DNA from: the human T2T-CHM13v2.0 reference genome, Homo sapiens
DNA: 64,000 nucleotides
Assembly: GCF_009914755.1 (NCBI RefSeq)
Contig: NC_060940.1
Strand: one strand, 5' to 3'
Below the pieces are notes generated by a model that saw only the letters and a list, made by a program, of their open reading frames with translations, was not told the DNA's origin and did not search any database. Shown in pieces: positions 1 through 12,845 of this stretch. The position numbers and the translations under genes are program-made. Every line of letters begins with the position of its first letter. Within the stretch, counting starts at the first letter, position 1.

Positions 1-63
1 TGACGTTCTCCTCTGCACTTTGCCACACTTAATGCCGTACCCTCGACCTTCCCTCTGTAACAA

Positions 64-1690
64 CACTCATTTATTCATTCAACAAATATTGATTGAGGAT
101 CAATTGGGTGCCAGACACTCTCTTAGGTGTCAGAGCTCCAGTTTACATTACACAGGTAAGGTCCCTGCCCCTCCCCACGAAGCTGGCACTAAGTCAGTAA
201 ATAAATGGTCAGGATTTTGATAAGTGTTGTAAAGGAAAAAAGACCTGTAATGGGGTGGAATGACTGGAGAGGAGGCGAGGCTCTATCTAGGCAGGGCTGG
301 AACAGACATGAGAGTGACCAGGAGGTTCGAGCCAGTTGCAGAGAGACAAGAAAGGCCTTCTGGGCAGGGGCACCTACAGGTACAGGGCCCCTGCAGCAGA
401 ATAACCTTCTCCTACCAGAGAGGCAAAAGGAAGGCCTTTTGGCAAGAGCACCAGGACAAGGAAGGGAGCCATGGGAAGTGAGGTAGGAAGGAGGCCTTGG
501 CGGCAGTGGTGGGAGCTTGGAAGCCACTGGGCATTTTCAGAAGGGGAATGGCATGGCGTGATGTTTGTTTTAGAAGGGCGTCTGCTGCCGGAGACTGGCC
601 ATGGCAGTTGTCCAGGCTGGTGAAGTTAGTGGCTGAGGTGATGGGGTTGGCTGTAGAGTTGGAGAGACATGAGTGTCCCTGGGACATAGTTTGGAGGTAG
701 AGCTGATGGGGGATTTGTGGATGATTTGTGTAAAGGAGACAGTGAACAGGGAGGTGAGGCCTCAGTTTTTGGCTTGATCAATCTCATGGGTAGTGGTTAT
801 TTTTCTACCTTTAATTTCATTTTTCTCTTGTTGTTTTTTTGTTTGTTTTTTGTTTTGTTTTGTTTTGTTTTTGAGACAGGGTCTCACTCTGTTGCTTGGC
901 TGGAATGCAGTGGTGCAATCATAGCTCACTATAGCCTTGACTTCCTGGGCTGAGGCAATCCTTTTGCCTCAGCCTCCTGAGTAGCTGGAACTACAGGTGT
1001 GTACCACTATGCCTGGCTAATTTGTTTATTTACCTATTGTAATTTTTTTTTGGTAGAGATGGGGCCTTGATATATTGCCAAGGTTGGCCTCAAACTCCTG
1101 TCCTTAAGCGATCCTTCCACCTCCGCCTCCCAGAGTGTTGGGATTACAAGCATTAGCCACCATGCCCGGCCTGGTTATTTTTCATAATGATGGGTAATGG
1201 GTGTGAGGGAGGTGAAGGAGAGAGAAATCAAGAGTCGTGTTTTGAATGTTTCAGATGCTATTAGCAGTCAGACATAAGCATAAAGGAGGAGACTGGATGT
1301 GAAGTCTTCAGTTCGAGGAAGAAATCAGAGCTAGAAATAAATACTTGAGAATCATTGCACACGGATGATATTTGAGGCTGTGAGACAAAATGCAGCTCCC
1401 TGCAAGGGGGCTAGGGCTGAGGGCTAAACATTTAGAGGTCAGTTGGAAGAGAAGCAAGTGCAAAGAAAATGCAGGAGAGTTCAGAGATGTCGGAGGAAAG
1501 GAGCTTCTCAAATTAAGAGGAGAAAGCTCTGCAGGAGAGAGTGATGGGTTGCATTGAATGCAGTTGAGAGGTGGAGAATGAGGTTGGCTTAGCTGTGCCT
1601 ATTGTATTTGGCAGCAGGATGAAAAGACACTTTGGTGGAGAGGTGGCAACAGAAGTCAGTTGAGAGAGGGCCAGAGAGCCAATGGATTTT
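64..1690 (-). mobile_element. L2 LINE relic (3' part), interrupted by an Alu
   Basis: CATTTATTCATTCAACAAATATTGATTGAG at 68 is the typical antisense L2 3' end. Purine-rich L2-like sequence continues to ~790 and resumes at ~1180-1690. Confidence 0.7.
830..1172 (-). mobile_element. Alu (AluJ-like)
   Basis: A (TTTTG)n tail followed by GAGACAGGGTCTCACTCTG...GGGATTACAAGCATTAGCCACCATGCCCGGCC. Confidence 0.93.
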
Positions 1691-1694
1691 GAGT

Positions 1695-2543
<849 letters not shown>

Positions 2544-3127
2544 ATATAGTTCAAATTTTAAAAGAAGATAAAGTCAAGGGACGCAGAGCATCTTGGGAGA
2601 AGGGATCATAAGAAATTATATTTTTAGGGACAAAATGCATGGAGTTTATGGACAAGTGATTAAGGTCCACAGCAGAAACAGAAAAGAAGTTTGTCCAAAA
2701 GGAGGTTAGAGAAAAGAGCCGAGCCACATACTGAAGGTTGGAGTAGGGACCCCGTCAGCAGAGGCCTGAGTTTATGGGGCATGCCCTGCCCCCTGTGAGA
2801 GGTGCAAAGGCTTGACTTTCAAGCCTGTGACATCTTTACACCAGGCCAAGGAAGGGGCTGCTGTAGTAGCTAAAAGCAAGGGTTCTGCACTGAGACAGTC
2901 TAGATGTGTATCCTGGCTTTCCACCACTGTTGTGTGGCCTTCAGCAAGTCAGTGAATAGCTGTGAGCCTCAGGATAAACTGAGTTTACATAAAGCCCTTC
3001 CAAGAGGGCCAAACATGAGCTGCATTTCAATTCACAATAGGCATTATAATGATGATAACCATGATCATGATGTTTATTCTTTTCACCCAGCAGGATGTCT
3101 TTAATTTTTTTAAAAATAATGTTTTTA

Positions 3128-3417
3128 GGCCGGGCGCAGTGGCTCACGCCTGTAATCCCAGCACTTTGGGAGGCTGAGACGGGTGGATCACGAGGTCAGG
3201 AGATCGAAACCATCCTGGCTAACACGGTGAAACCCCATCTCTACTAAAAATACAAAAAATTAGCTGGGCGTGGTGGCAAGTGCCTGTAGTCCCAGCTCCT
3301 TGGGAGGCTGAGGCAGGAGAATGGTGTGAAACCAGGAGGCGGAGCTTGCAGTGAGCTGAGATTGCGCCACTGCACTCCAGCCTGAGCGACAGAGCGAGAC
3401 TCCGTCTCAAAAAAAAA
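3128..3417 (+). mobile_element. AluY
   Basis: Y diagnostics GAGATCGAAACCATCCTGGCTAACACGG and GGCGGAGCTTGCAG; TSD-like AATGTTTTTA on both sides. Confidence 0.9.
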
Positions 3418-3427
3418 ATGTTTTTAG

Positions 3428-3719
3428 GCTGGGCACAGTGGTTCACTCCTATAATCCTAGCACTTTGGGAGGCCGAGGCAGGCGGATCACTTGAAGCCAG
3501 GAGTTCGAGACCATCCTGGCCAACATGGCAAAACCCTGTCTCTACTAAAAATACAATAATTAGCGGGATGTGGTGGTGCATACCTGCAGTCCCAGCTACG
3601 TGGGAGGCTGAGGCATAAGAATCACTTGAGCCTGGGAGGCAGAGGTTGCAGTGAGCCGAGATCGTGCCACTGTACTCCAGCTGGGGCGACAGAGTAAGAC
3701 CCTGTCTAGAAAAAAAAAA
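3428..3719 (+). mobile_element. Alu (AluS/Jb), in tandem behind the AluY
   Basis: Full dimer starting GGCTGGGCACAGTGG with an A tail. Confidence 0.92.
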
Positions 3720-4004
3720 GTTTGTTTTTTGTTTTGAGACAGGGTCTCGCTCTCATTGCCCTGGCACGATCTTGGCTCACTGTGGCCTTTACTCTTGGGC
3801 TTAAGTGATCCCCCCACCTCCGCTTCCTGAGTAGCTAGGACTACAGGCATGCAACACCATACTCAGCTAATTTTTCATATTTTTTTGTAGAGATGGGGCT
3901 TCACCGTGTTGCCCTAGCTGTTCTCTAACTTCTAAGCTCAAGCAATCCGCCTACCTTGCCTCCCAAAGTGCTGGGATTACAGGCAGGAGCCAGCATGCCC
4001 GGCC
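3720..4004 (-). mobile_element. Alu (AluJ-like)
   Basis: Antisense dimer abutting the previous Alu tail-to-tail. Confidence 0.9.
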
Positions 4005-4014
4005 AAATAATTTC

Positions 4015-4562
<548 letters not shown>

Positions 4563-4589
4563 AAAGTAATTTCCTTTTGTCTTTTATTT

Positions 4590-5020
<431 letters not shown>

Positions 5021-5239
5021 CTGGCTTTTTAAAAATAATTTTTAAAAAATAATTTATTTTTGTCTATTAATTTTTATGATAAGGATTTTAGATAATGACA
5101 GCCAAGCACTGTTTTTAGTGACTGAACCTTTCAAACAAAATCAAATAAAGAGAGCATTTATCCTAGCACTCTGGCTGAACCGATGACCTGCTGCCCTTGG
5201 CTACCCTCTTGACTACAGTGGGGATCCCTAGCTGAACAA

Positions 5240-5360
5240 ATCTAAGCTTGGAATCAAGCTCTGGAATTAGGCCCTGACTGCCGTTCACAAGCTGTGTTAC
5301 CTTCAGCACGTTCATACCTTCCCTGGGCCTTGGTTTTCTCATCCAGGGGATGGAAGGGTT
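5240..5360. mobile_element. MIR fragment
   Basis: CTGTGTTACCTTCAGCACG...CTTCCCTGGGCCTTGGTTTTCTCATC resembles the MIR core. Confidence 0.55.
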
Positions 5361-5470
5361 AGGCCTACACAGTGGTTTTAAACTGTGCTCTATAAAGTCC
5401 TAAGAGTTCTAGAGGGATACCCCAGTGGATTTGAGTGAGGAGTGGGTGGCGTGGAAAGAAATAGTAAATG

Positions 5471-5761
5471 GAGCTGGGCACAGTGGCTCAAGCCTGTAAT
5501 CCCAGCACTTTGGGAGGCTGAGGCAGGTGGATCACTTGAGGCCAGAAGTTGAAGACCAACCTGGCCAACATGGTGAAACCCTGACTCTACTAAAAATACA
5601 AAAATTATCTGGGCATGGTGGCATGTGCCTGTAATCCCAGCTACTTGGGAGGCTGAGGCAGGAAAATCACTTGAACCTGGAGGTGGAGGTTGCAGTGAGC
5701 CAAGATTGGGCCACTGCACTCCAGCCTGGTGACAGCAAGACTCTGTCTCAAAAAAAAAAAA
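5471..5761 (+). mobile_element. Alu (AluSz/Sx-like)
   Basis: Full dimer with an A tail. Confidence 0.93.
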
Positions 5762-5866
5762 GGCTTTTCAAAGAAAGTAGTGGTACTCATTGCCGGAGTG
5801 AGAGAGAGTGTATGTGGGTATGATACTGGGGTGGACCTGGAGGGGAATAAGGTCAAGAAAGGCTTT

Positions 5867-6162
5867 ACTTTTTTTTTTTTTGAGACAGAGTCTCACTTTC
5901 ACCCAGGCTGGAATGCAGTGAGTGGCGCTATCTCAGCTCACTGCAAGCCTCACCTCCTGGTTCACACCATTCTCCTGCCTCAGCCTCCCGAGTAGCTGGG
6001 ACTACAGGTGCCCGCCACCACGCCCGGCTATTTTTTTGTATTTTTAGTAGAGGCAGGTTTCACTGTGTTAGCCAGGATGGTCTCAATCTCGTGACCTTAT
6101 GATCCGCCCGCCTTGGCTTCCCAAAGTGCTGGGATTACAGGCGTGAGCCACTGCGCCCAGCC
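5867..6162 (-). mobile_element. AluY
   Basis: Y diagnostics (GCAAGCC..TTCACACCATTCTCC, GTTAGCCAGGATGG); TSD CAAGAAAGGCTTT at 5854-5866 and 6162-6174. Confidence 0.9.
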
Positions 6163-6204
6163 AAGAAAGGCTTTTCAAAGAATGTGATGGTACGCATTGC
6201 AGGA

Positions 6205-6390
6205 GTGTGTGTGTGTGTTTGTGTGTAGAGAGAGGGGTGTGTGTGTGTGTGTAGAGAGGGGTGCGTGTAGAGAGAGGGGTGTGTGTGTGTGTGTGTAGAG
6301 AGAGGGGTGTGTGTGTGTAGAGAGAGGAGTGTGTGTGTGTGTAGAGAGAGGGGTGTGTGTGTATGTGTGTGTGTGTGTGTGTGTGTAGAG
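6205..6390. repeat. Compound microsatellite/VNTR [GTAGAGAGAGGG(GT)n] with ~6-7 units
   Basis: Directly visible repeating units. Confidence 0.95.
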
Positions 6391-6997
6391 ATCTGGGAGG
6401 CAAGGGTGCCTGGAGGAGAGAGGGAATGGGATCCAGGCACACAGAAGGGCTTGGTCTTGGGGGATGGATGCCATGAAGTATACGGCAGGGATTTCAGGAG
6501 GGTGCGTGAGTGGCTTCAGGAGGAGAGTGAAGATAAGAAACAAGAATACAGGAGAAAAGGAAATGAAATTACTAGGGACACACAAGAGTGCCAGGAAATG
6601 GGTGCCTATTAGAGGTTTGGGGTCAGGTTAGAATTCCAAGGGAAGCCTTGGTGAGTGTCCTCCAGCAATGAACAACCTTTCAGATACAGGCCCTAGGGGA
6701 GGCAGAGGGTGGAGATGAGCGAGTTAGCATTGCTGGGGGCAGATGGAAGAGAACTGAGGGTATTTATAAGGCAGTGGTTTTGATACACAATGGACTTTGA
6801 GCAGCTGAGGGTTGGGAAATTCTTTCAGGCCTCACATCTGTCTCCAGGATTATTCGTTTTATTATTGTTTTAAATGACATTGTGTAAAACATGGTGGAGT
6901 TAGTGGTCAGTTTTCCAGAAAAGGAAGAGGCATCTCCATCCTTAGGGGCTCAAAGTACCCCCTACTTTATTGCTGCATAACTCAGATTCCTGAGGGT

Positions 6998-7315
6998 TTA
7001 TTTTATTTATTTATTCATTATTTATTTATTTTTGGCGATAGAGTCTCACTCCATCGCCCAGGCTGGAGTGCAGTGATGTGATCTTGGCTCACTGCAACCT
7101 CTGCCTCCTGGGTTCAAGTGATTCTTCTGCCTCAGCTCCTGAGTAGCTGGGATTGCAGGTGTGCACCACCACACCCAGCTAATTTTTGTATTTTTAGTAG
7201 AGATGGAGTTTCACCATGTTGGCCACCATGGTCTGGAACCCCTGGCCTCAAGTGATCCACCCACCTCAGCCTTCCAAAGTATTGGGATTACAGGTGTAAG
7301 ACAGTGTGCCCGGCC
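6998..7315 (-). mobile_element. AluS with (TTTA)n tail
   Basis: Antisense dimer. Confidence 0.92.
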
Positions 7316-7544
7316 CCTCTTAGGGTTTATATTAGGAACAATGTCCTCAACTATTGCAGCGATATATTGTATGCCTAATTTTAGTGCCAGAACATAGTAG
7401 ACCATCAATAAACATGTGGCGAACTAAACAATCTCAATGTTAGGCAAACCTTAGAAGCTGGCGATAGCCCATGTGGAAGTCTTCAGAAAGCAAGCTTCCT
7501 TAGATTTCCAGTTTGAATCCTACATGATTCTTGGAAAGTTAATA

Positions 7545-7680
7545 GTAGAGAGTGTTTAATTGTACAAAGTTTCAGCTGAGGAAGATGAAAAAGTTTTAGA
7601 GATGGATGGTGGCAGTGGAGCATAATGATGTGAATGTAGTTAATGCCACTGAACTCTACACTTGAAAATGATGAAAATGG
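7545..7680 (+). mobile_element. L1MB-type 3' UTR fragment
   Basis: GATGAAAAAGTTTTAGAGATGGATGGTGG...GTGAATGTAGTTAATGCCACTGAACT..ACACTTGAAAATG. Confidence 0.75.
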
Positions 7681-7757
7681 CACTCCAGCCTGGGCGACAG
7701 AGCGAGACTCCGTCTTAAAAAAAAAAAAAAGAAGAAGAAAAAAAAGAAAAAAGAAAA
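7681..7757 (+). mobile_element. Alu 3' tip (~36 nt) plus A-rich tail
   Basis: CACTCCAGCCTGGGCGACAGAGCGAGACTCCGTCTT followed by A-rich sequence. Confidence 0.85.
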
Positions 7758-7862
7758 TCAGGTGTAGAATAGTGTAGTTTATTCCTTTTAAGAAAATGAA
7801 TGGTAATATACTTATGTACATACAAAAATACCTGTACATGCACATCATCTCTAGAAGTATAA

Positions 7863-8177
<315 letters not shown>

Positions 8178-8285
8178 TAGTAATTATTACTTTCTCAAAT
8201 AGAAGAAGAACCTTAAAATGTGAGTTGTGGCTCCTAAGCTTAAATTGTTACTATTGAGTACATTCCTTAAAAATTATCCTTGTTG

Positions 8286-8585
8286 GGCCGGGCGCAGTGG
8301 CTCATGCTTGTAATTCTAGCACTTTGGGAGGCCGAGGCAGGTGGATCACGAGGTCAGGAGATCAAGACCATGGTGAAACCCCTCTCTACTAAAAATACAA
8401 AAAATTAGCCAGGTGTGGTGGCGGGCGTCTGTAGTCCCAGCTACTCAGAGAGGCTGAGGCAGGAGAATGGCATTAACCCGGGAGGTGGAGCTTGCAGTGA
8501 GCTGAGATCGTGCCACTGCACTCCAGCCTGGGTGACAGAGTGAGACTCCGTCTTAAAAAACAAAAACAAAAACAAAAAACAAACA
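8286..8585 (+). mobile_element. AluY-lineage element with a 12-bp left-arm deletion (Yd/Yc3-type)
   Basis: GAGATCAAGACCATGGTGAAACCCC lacks TCCTGGCTAACA. Perfect 17-bp TSD AAAAATTATCCTTGTTG at 8269-8285 and 8586-8602. Confidence 0.85.
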
Positions 8586-8602
8586 AAAAATTATCCTTGT
8601 TG

Positions 8603-8725
8603 CACCTGGTGGCACACACCTAGAGCCCGAGCTACTCAGGAGGCCAAGGCAGGAAGATCACTTGATCCCAGGAGTTCAAGACCAGTCTGGGCAACATAGC
8701 AAGACCCTGTCTCAAAAAAGAAAAA
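8603..8725 (+). mobile_element. FLAM-like Alu monomer
   Basis: GGTGGCACACACC...GGAGTTCAAGACCAGTCTGGGCAACATAGCAAGACCCTGTCTC plus an A tail. Confidence 0.8.
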
Positions 8726-8799
8726 CAGTTTGTCCTTGTTTTAAGAACCTAATTCTATATAAGCATTGGTCACCTGAGTTTCCTAATTATGTCTGTTTA

Positions 8800-9091
<292 letters not shown>

Positions 9092-9160
9092 AGACTTCGT
9101 AGTTTGTATCATCTATCTTGATGATGCCTGACGCCCTTTTTCTTTCTTTTCTATGTGCAG

Positions 9161-9421
9161 CATAATAAGAGTGCCACATACTCCGTGGGAATGTAGAAAA
9201 CGTACTCCATGATCTGCTTAGCCATTGATGATGATGACAAAACTGATAAAACCCAGAAAATCTCCAAGAAGCTTTCCTTCCTGAGTTGGGGCACCAGAAA
9301 GAACAGACAGAAGTCAGCCAGCACCTTGTGCCTCCCATCGGTCGGGGCTGCACGGCTTCAGGTCAAGAAGAAGCTGCCCTCCCCTTTCAGCCTTCTCAAC
9401 TCAGACAGTTCTTCATACTAA
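9161..9421 (+). pseudogene. RHPN2: Duplicated (non-processed) pseudogene copy of the rhophilin-2 terminal coding exon, with a premature stop at 9194-9196
   Basis: A polypyrimidine tract and TGCAG acceptor end at 9160. The frame reads [85 protein letters not shown], which I recognise as the RHPN2 C-terminus (recalled ending ...[21 protein letters not shown]). The symbol given is the parent gene; I cannot tell which pseudogene locus this is. Confidence 0.9.
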
Positions 9422-10281
9422 TGTGAGGAAACAAACACGTTCAGGCCCCGAACATTTCCGGTGCTGACTCAGCCTTAAACATTTGTGCCATAATGGAAAA
9501 TATCTATCTATTCTCAAATCCTGTTTTTCTCATAGTGTAAACTCACATTTGATGTGTTTTTATGAAGGAAAGTAACCAAGAAACCTCTAGGAATTAGTGA
9601 AAAAAGAATGTTTTTGAGGCCTGTTACTATATTGCTATAAGTTATTTATTATATAAAGTATTGTAAATAGAATAGTGTTGAAGATATGAAATACGGCTAT
9701 TTTTAATGGTGACAATTATGACTCTTAGTCACTATTAAATTGGGGTTACCTATAATAGTACAATTTGTAGTTGTTTCCAGGTTTGGCTAATAATCATTCC
9801 TTAACCTAGAATTCAGATGATCCTGGAATTAAGGCAGGTCAGAGGACTATAATGATAGAATTAAATTGGTGTCACTAAAAACTGTCCCAAAGTGCTGCTT
9901 CCTAATAGGAATTCATTAACCTAAAACAAGATGTTACTATTATATCGATATACTATGAATGCTATTTCTAGAAAAAGTCTAGTGCCAAATTTGTCTTATT
10001 AAATAAAAAAAATGTAGGAGCAGCTTTTCTTCTAGTTTGATATCATTTAAGAATTGCTAACACAGTGGCAGTGTTAGATGAAGATGCTGTCTACAAGGTA
10101 GATAATATACCGTTTGATACTCAAAACATTTTTCATTTTGTTTAAAGTAGAAGTTACATAATTCTATATTTTAAGTCTTGGGTAAAAAAGTAGTTTTACA
10201 TTTTATAAAGTAAAGATGTAAATGATTCAGGTTTAAAGCTCTATTTGACTTTTTTGTTGTTGTTTGAGATAGAGTCTTGCT
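9422..10281 (+). pseudogene. RHPN2-derived 3' UTR, truncated
   Basis: AT-rich, repeat-free sequence contiguous with the stop codon. AATAAA at 10002-10007. Ends in a 19-nt antisense Alu stub TTTGAGATAGAGTCTTGCT (10263-10281). Confidence 0.7.
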
Positions 10282-11687
10282 AGTGTCAATAGCAAAAGCC
10301 TTCTAGCTATCTGCCTTTCAGGTACATGGTGGGGCATACTTAACTGTTTTCTCTGATGTTGGGCATAGCATGGACCTACTTGGTTCAATATCTGACACTA
10401 TTTGCATTTATTGACACTATCTGTGTTGATTTGTGCTATTTCCTGTGTGTGATTTGCACATCTGCCATTGCTTTTTGTCTCTAGTTACTGCTTTCTTTTC
10501 CTGTTTGTCTTGTTCTTGTAGGACCCTTTCTGACTCTCTCAAGAGGGATCTTTTCAACCCCAACTCCCACTGGTCTAATCCTAACCAGCACCAGCTGGTT
10601 GGGAAGTAGAGCAGGAACTCTGGCTGCCCTAATCTACATGGTGCTCTCTGCTCCTGGGCAGGGGTGTGGGTGTTTTTATATAGTATTCTCTTGAGTATGA
10701 AATGCCTGAACAAAGCAGTGATTTGGCAAGCCTGAAGTCACACACTGGGGCTCATAGTAACTTGCTTCTGCTAGCAACGTGAGCATTAGAAACATTTCCT
10801 GGCCAAGTAGCCTTGAATCAGCTAGGAGTAGGGGTGCAATGAGTCTGAGTTCACTTTGCTCAGGGTGACAAGGCTTTAGAGTATTGGTTAATTGTCAAAC
10901 TCTTTTGTTTAAGAGACAAGGTAAACATTCATACATATATACATAGAGAAGCTTTCTAGGGTTACTTAGGCTTTATGTGATTACTAGCAGAAATGTTTGT
11001 ATTTGCAAGCAAAGCTTATAAATCACCTCTTAGATATCTTTGCAAAATGAAGCTAAAACATGGTTTAAAGAATCAAAAATATAAGATATTTACAATGATT
11101 TATAATTGAATCAGGAATGCATTTGGTATTTTTTAAAAGGAATAATTGGCTAAGATTTAAATTAATTTGCTTTCCTTAAAAACCCAGCGCCTAAACAATA
11201 GAAAGAAATAGGAACAGTTACACTGGGTGTGTGAGGGGTGGAGGGGGGGACCCAACTGGGACTGAAATTTCTTGGAGAAAATCTACAAAATCGGCCAAGC
11301 ACACATGGATTGTGTGACTTCATTTAGTTGGAGGAGAACTGAGCAACCCGCTGATCTCAAATGTCTTTCCCCAGGAGAAATAATCTCTCTCGTCTTGGAA
11401 TGGCTGTAGCACTGAAAGTCTATTCCACCCTTGGCACTTACCTTAATCTATGTGGTAATATTATCTCTTTTAGAAATGTTTTTATCTCTTCATTATAACA
11501 ATTATCTTTTTATGTGCCTGACTTACCTAGGATGCTCATTAATTCCAGGTGGCCTGGAACAGTTCTGATTTGCACCCATTGCCATGGTTTAATTAATAGT
11601 GCCCCCTTTCACTCTCAGAAGTGTCCTGGCTTGGATGATAAATTATAAGGTACCCATAGTCTTATCCCAACTAAACGGAAAGTTCCT

Positions 11688-12150
11688 GTGTTAGTCAAGA
11701 TCCCAGCAAGAAACAGAATATTATGTGGGGATTTTTGAAGAGATAAAAGTCCCTTTAATAAAGGGACTATTTACAGATGTGTGGGCAGAGTTAAAAGCAT
11801 CAAAAAAGGATGTTGAGGCACCAGGCCTGAAAAGGTAAAGGGAAGAAATGATGCCATTGGAGCTTACCTGGGGGGCACAGCTTTTGAAGAGGGGCTGCCC
11901 TAGAGAAGCCATAGTCCTGGAAGGGCTCAAACACTACAGAATGGGCCAAGCAAGGGAAGATATTCCCTACCACTGTCCTCCCACCCATCTATTACCTATC
12001 TGTGCCTTCTATTGGTTGAACCCAAATGCAAGCCAGAAGGCAAAGGAGCCCTGGTGATAAAGTTGGAAGGTGTTCGTTTCCTTGGGAAGAAGAGCAGGGA
12101 AAGGCAGAGAATGAATTGAGGGGGATCAGGGTATCTTGGGTCCTAGGGAA
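11688..12150 (-). mobile_element. LTR33-like ERVL solo LTR
   Basis: AAAGGGACTATTTACAGATGTGTGGGCAGAG...ATTGGTTGAACCCAAATGCAAGCCAGAAGGCAAAGGAGCCC; same motifs as at 34.3 kb and 48.2 kb. Confidence 0.6.
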
Positions 12151-12733
12151 GTGGCAAACAGAAAATAAAGCTTCCTAAGGGGAGTCTCTTTGTCTTCAAG
12201 TCAATTAAAAACACATGTGTGCACACACGTGCAAAACACTACAGGAAAGGCCATGATTGGCAAGACTTGGCAGCTATTTAAGGGAGATATTCTCTACAAT
12301 GGGGAACAAGAAATAAACTTAAGGAAGTTAAATTGCAGACTGAAGGTAAATAGCAGACTACAACAATATTAAGCAGTATATGGTGATTGTCAGATTAATG
12401 GTGTAGGCCCTAGATGTTAAAGGAGTTTGAAGGATGAAAGATCACAATGGGCTGGAGCAATCTGAAAAAATAATTTATGGAAGAGGAGAGGTTTTCAGCA
12501 GCATTGAAATTAGAGCCAACTTATATGGGCAAGAAGGAGAGGTTGGTCTTCTTTGGGGCAATGGCATCAACAAGAGCACAGGTGTTAGCCTGAGACACAT
12601 CTTCCCATGGGTGGAGGGCTGGTGTTGTTTCTGAGATTTTCAAAAATCTTACAAACATTCCAGGCAAATACCTATGGAAGGGGCTAAAGGACATTAAATG
12701 GGCTGTAAGAGGTATAGGTTGTGGGTGGCCATT

Positions 12734-12845
12734 GATTCATTCCTTCAATAAACATTTATTGAATGCTTGGTATTGGTCAAGCCACTGTTCTGAGAGCTGC
12801 TGATGCCAAGTAAAATAAGACATGGTTCTTTCCCTTGAAGAAAGG
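12734..12845 (-). mobile_element. L2 3' fragment
   Basis: TTCATTCCTTCAATAAACATTTATTGAATGC...CACTGTTCTGAGAGCTG. Confidence 0.65.

Noticed and set aside
6083-6612. HT/CV-rich ORFs up to 136 aa
   Set aside because: They result from the stop-free (GT)/(GA) VNTR.
9209-9421. Calling this a functional RHPN2 CDS
   Set aside because: There is an in-frame TAG five codons upstream within the same exon, the UTR appears truncated, and no upstream exons are visible.
10471-10530. Strong-looking splice acceptor at 10521, and similar ones near 13377, 19691, 26946, 28296 and 42670
   Set aside because: I could not pair them with donors or reading frames, and such sites are common by chance.
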